This document shows, one piece after another, positions 62,101 to 64,000 of a stretch of 64,000 nucleotides of DNA. Origin of the DNA: Marsupella aquatica (Eukaryota; Plantae; Marchantiophyta); NCBI GenBank assembly GCA_973895155.1, contig OZ316896.1, positions 23,331,722-23,395,721 of the forward strand, given 5' to 3'. The translations under genes and the position numbers were made by a program. A model generated the notes under the pieces. It was not told the DNA's origin and searched no databases. It saw only the letters and a program-made list of their open reading frames with translations. The first letter of the stretch is position 1. Every line of letters starts with the position of its first letter.

Positions 62101-63815
62101 TCTTTTCTTTCTCCAGTAGTTTCAGCAGACTCTGCATACCTGGTTGCTGCATCGGCAAGTCCTCCTTCTTGGGCCTAAACACCTGCTCGATCGTAGGGCT
62201 AACAGGTGGTTGAGGCTTCTCAGCCAACGGCCTCGGCGTTGGAGCTTCCTCGGGTGCCCTTACCTGCAGGGGAAGTACTGGGGCAAAAGTCTGACCTCTG
62301 GCATACCGGCACAACAGCGGCATGTGATAGCCAAGTCGCGACACGCTCCCCATGCCGATTACCTGCTGCTCCTCCTTTAAGATCTTCTTCAATTGGTTGA
62401 GGAGGTACCCGTTGTAGTCCCGGCTTGGGTCTGGCCTTTCTGCCAGATAGACCTGTGCCTTGCCGATCTCTGCCCTCGGCAAGTTACAATGCATGGTCAC
62501 CTGCAAGAAGTCGATCATCTCTCCTATGTGCGGGTTGGTGCAGGTGTTCCGGAAGAAGCCATTCTTCGTTGATGGCCCGGGGAACGACCGGAACTCCTTG
62601 TCAGGCAAGGTCTTCCTGGTATCAACTTTGGTCTTATTGCCTATCGGCAAGCCAAACACTTCGGCAATTACCTTGGGAGTAAGATAGAAATCCTTCCCAT
62701 ATATCCTCGTGCAATTGGTCTCAGGTTCCCATGACCCCACGAATTCTAATAGGTCTGACTCCGGTACCTCCGGCTTCAGCCATGGTAATCTTACAAAGGC
62801 CTCTAAGCCGGATCCGGCCATGAAGCCTTGGTACTTCTTGGTCTGCATGGCCGTAAAGCATGCATCCTCCTCCCGTGCAAAATGTAGTTGCACCTCCACC
62901 GGTAGGGTTGCCGCCCAGCCCTTCCAGGTGTCATCCCTGGTTGGAATGGCCTTGATGGGATCGACCTCCTCCTCTTCGGCTTCTCCCTGCCTCCTGCTCT
63001 GCTGCTCGGCTGGCTTCTTTGGTGCCGCCGACCTTGTTCTTTTTGCCGGGGTGGCTTCATCGTTGACGGCTCCCTTCCTCTTCATCTCTGCTGCCGTGGA
63101 GGTTTCTCCTAGCACCGTTGCCTGGGTCCACCTTTCCGTGCTACCCTTTAATTCCCAGTGTATGTCGTTGCAGTTCTTGATGGCCTCTCGGATGCCGACG
63201 ACGCTGTCTTTGCAAAACAGAAGATCGTCGAGTTGATTGGAAGTAGGCGTCCACAGGAACTCGTCCTTGATGAGTTTGCCTCCTAAGAAAGCCGTCTTCT
63301 GCAGCTCCCACAATCGAGCGAGCTCCTGCCGTTCTCGAGCTGCCCTTTCTAATTCCTCGTCCTCGTAAGTCTTGATGTACTCAGTTGCCCGTTCGAACAG
63401 GCATCCCCAGAAATGTGCCGCTTGATTGACGTTGCTCATACCCTCCTTAGGTCGATCGTCGGTATCTACTCTCTCCCCGAGTGCTTGCCTAAGCAGCTGA
63501 CAGTAGTTGGCCTCCCGTAGTCGTCTGCCTAGTTTGTGCTCGCAAATGAGCCACCATCTCCTGCAAGCACTCCTTACCCCTCTCCTCTGCCGGTCCTTCT
63601 TCCCGTTGATCCTTCCTAGCCGCCGACGCTTAACGCGCCCTAACCCTAATCGAGTTTTCACCCTCAGCGTCCTTACCTCCGGCCTCGGCCCGGGTTCCAT
63701 GGTTGCCCCTAATGGTTTATATTTTCCTTGTTTTGTCCCTATACTAAGGTGTTCCTAGGGTGCCTTCCTGCTTTACCCACTTAACTGGCCGAGTGATTCC
63801 TGTCTAGGCATCACA
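59154..63815 (-). mobile_element. Family-1 3' LTR, copy E (4662 bp), of an element extending beyond the window
   Basis: Preceded on the minus strand by the integrase C-terminus and PPT; TGTGATGCC...GCACCACA. Confidence 0.93.
60065..63700 (-). CDS. LTR-encoded protein, intact 1211 aa (1124 aa from the MSNV start)
   Basis: Uninterrupted ORF entirely within the LTR; nearly identical to 3813..7187. Confidence 0.88.
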   Translation of the reverse strand: MEPGPRPEVRTLRVKTRLGLGRVKRRRLGRINGKKDRQRRGVRSACRRWWLICEHKLGRRLREANYCQLLRQALGERVDTDDRPKEGMSNVNQAAHFWGCLFERATEYIKTYEDEELERAARERQELARLWELQKTAFLGGKLIKDEFLWTPTSNQLDDLLFCKDSVVGIREAIKNCNDIHWELKGSTERWTQATVLGETSTAAEMKRKGAVNDEATPAKRTRSAAPKKPAEQQSRRQGEAEEEEVDPIKAIPTRDDTWKGWAATLPVEVQLHFAREEDACFTAMQTKKYQGFMAGSGLEAFVRLPWLKPEVPESDLLEFVGSWEPETNCTRIYGKDFYLTPKVIAEVFGLPIGNKTKVDTRKTLPDKEFRSFPGPSTKNGFFRNTCTNPHIGEMIDFLQVTMHCNLPRAEIGKAQVYLAERPDPSRDYNGYLLNQLKKILKEEQQVIGMGSVSRLGYHMPLLCRYARGQTFAPVLPLQVRAPEEAPTPRPLAEKPQPPVSPTIEQVFRPKKEDLPMQQPGMQSLLKLLEKEKKSASATTTATATMQDTTTEVGLHRLTRENPFAGDKERIRPESKPGVRMYVGISSSESEVELPEAPTDEEEREKPDVQEVEEAVEDCSHDNSGYGSDHHVPGVRTCGRFVPTLPRVVRGDPNQQSSPESPPPDVAPPSFDGIKQTVQEFQERIRQEEEAALAREKDLPRGDWPEDIRRLAKKGSKPLATIEEIRKTAWDQRPRWAMPITSTYSTYAKNRAMEYGEMCGELALGIFGEELEVGPFFHREQLEKHQLEEAVALERSKKDEVIRRLRRMEAEIEDLRAAKKAQDELRIKRHELNIMQGQLDTAQADNQNIKDKLTQTQGELADTIKEREKWKQELKNTEEAHITANNRAMAETQRKEWALKGELEKIHGALEQKEAELGKSYQGIMALQQELASLTASFKADLREKDEMLEQTYAKMNQMESVIIAELDKELRATREERTTLKQEREEAQKELEEARKDLDETQEELEEITRKMENLQRRADNQTERLKKQAAVFKCLSSSGPTPIGATKLPGVVLAKEKAAPPAPVPEVSGKGKGPAAEPEKKKKRKPSGSRSNPTPQAVVTKEVEPAPSSGMNTAIDPAIITGGGGAAQAELLSNEAGIPDPPLEQAGETVAEAEAVTDSRADADADGGPSQADGELTQSRAGNLSENEPTAVAEEEALGASIKDPPPVS

Positions 63816-64000
63816 TAGCTCCCCACTTAATTGTGAAGCGTCCTCGCGAACCACTTCATCTTCGTCCATATAGTATTTCTTGAGGCGGTCATAATGGATG
63901 CGAACTGGATATACCTCTCCCGTAATGTTGGCCAATTGTACGAAGCCATTGGGGAACATCATGGTTACTCTAAAGGGTCCTAACCAGCGAGTGTAAAGCT
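63804..64000 (-). CDS. Gypsy integrase C-terminus (GPF/Y motif), partial; stop codon lies inside the LTR
   Basis: Manual translation: LYTRWLGPFRVTMMFPNGFVQLANITGEVYPVRIHYDRLKKYYMDEDEVVREDASQLSGELCDA*; no chromodomain. Confidence 0.88.
   Translation of the reverse strand, partial: LYTRWLGPFRVTMMFPNGFVQLANITGEVYPVRIHYDRLKKYYMDEDEVVREDASQLSGELCDA
63816..63829 (-). promoter_or_regulatory. Polypurine tract of family 1
   Basis: AAGTGGGGAGCTA directly 5' of TGTGATGCC on the minus strand. Confidence 0.8.

Overview
Eukaryotic, transposon-dominated 64 kb window. The host is probably a non-seed land plant (liverwort/moss/lycophyte-like); this is an inference from gene and TE types. No rRNA, tRNA or CRISPR array is present. 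The dominant feature is an Athila/Tat-like Ty3/Gypsy family ('family 1') with a ~4.66 kb LTR. The LTR start is fixed by an upstream PPT plus the integrase C-terminus, and its end by a downstream PBS plus gag (TGTGATGCC...GCACCACA). This LTR itself carries a 1124-1211 aa ORF (PMD/Transposase_32-like domain plus long coiled coil). Three full-length and three partial copies are present. A second LTR-like repeat ('family 2') starts with the same TGTGAYGCC and also carries an ORF; both of its copies are interrupted by a family-1 LTR within 4 nt of the same site. Also present: a degenerate GCM-domain MULE-like transposase with palindromic motifs and a divergent ParB-like fragment, two L1-type LINEs plus a nested truncated LINE with non-poly(A) 3' ends, a second Gypsy family, a foldback element, a Harbinger transposase pseudogene, an apparently intact two-exon Crinkler-like REase-kinase gene, and broken fragments of UVSSA, INCENP and an RFC small subunit. 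All identities and domain calls were made by eye, without database searches.
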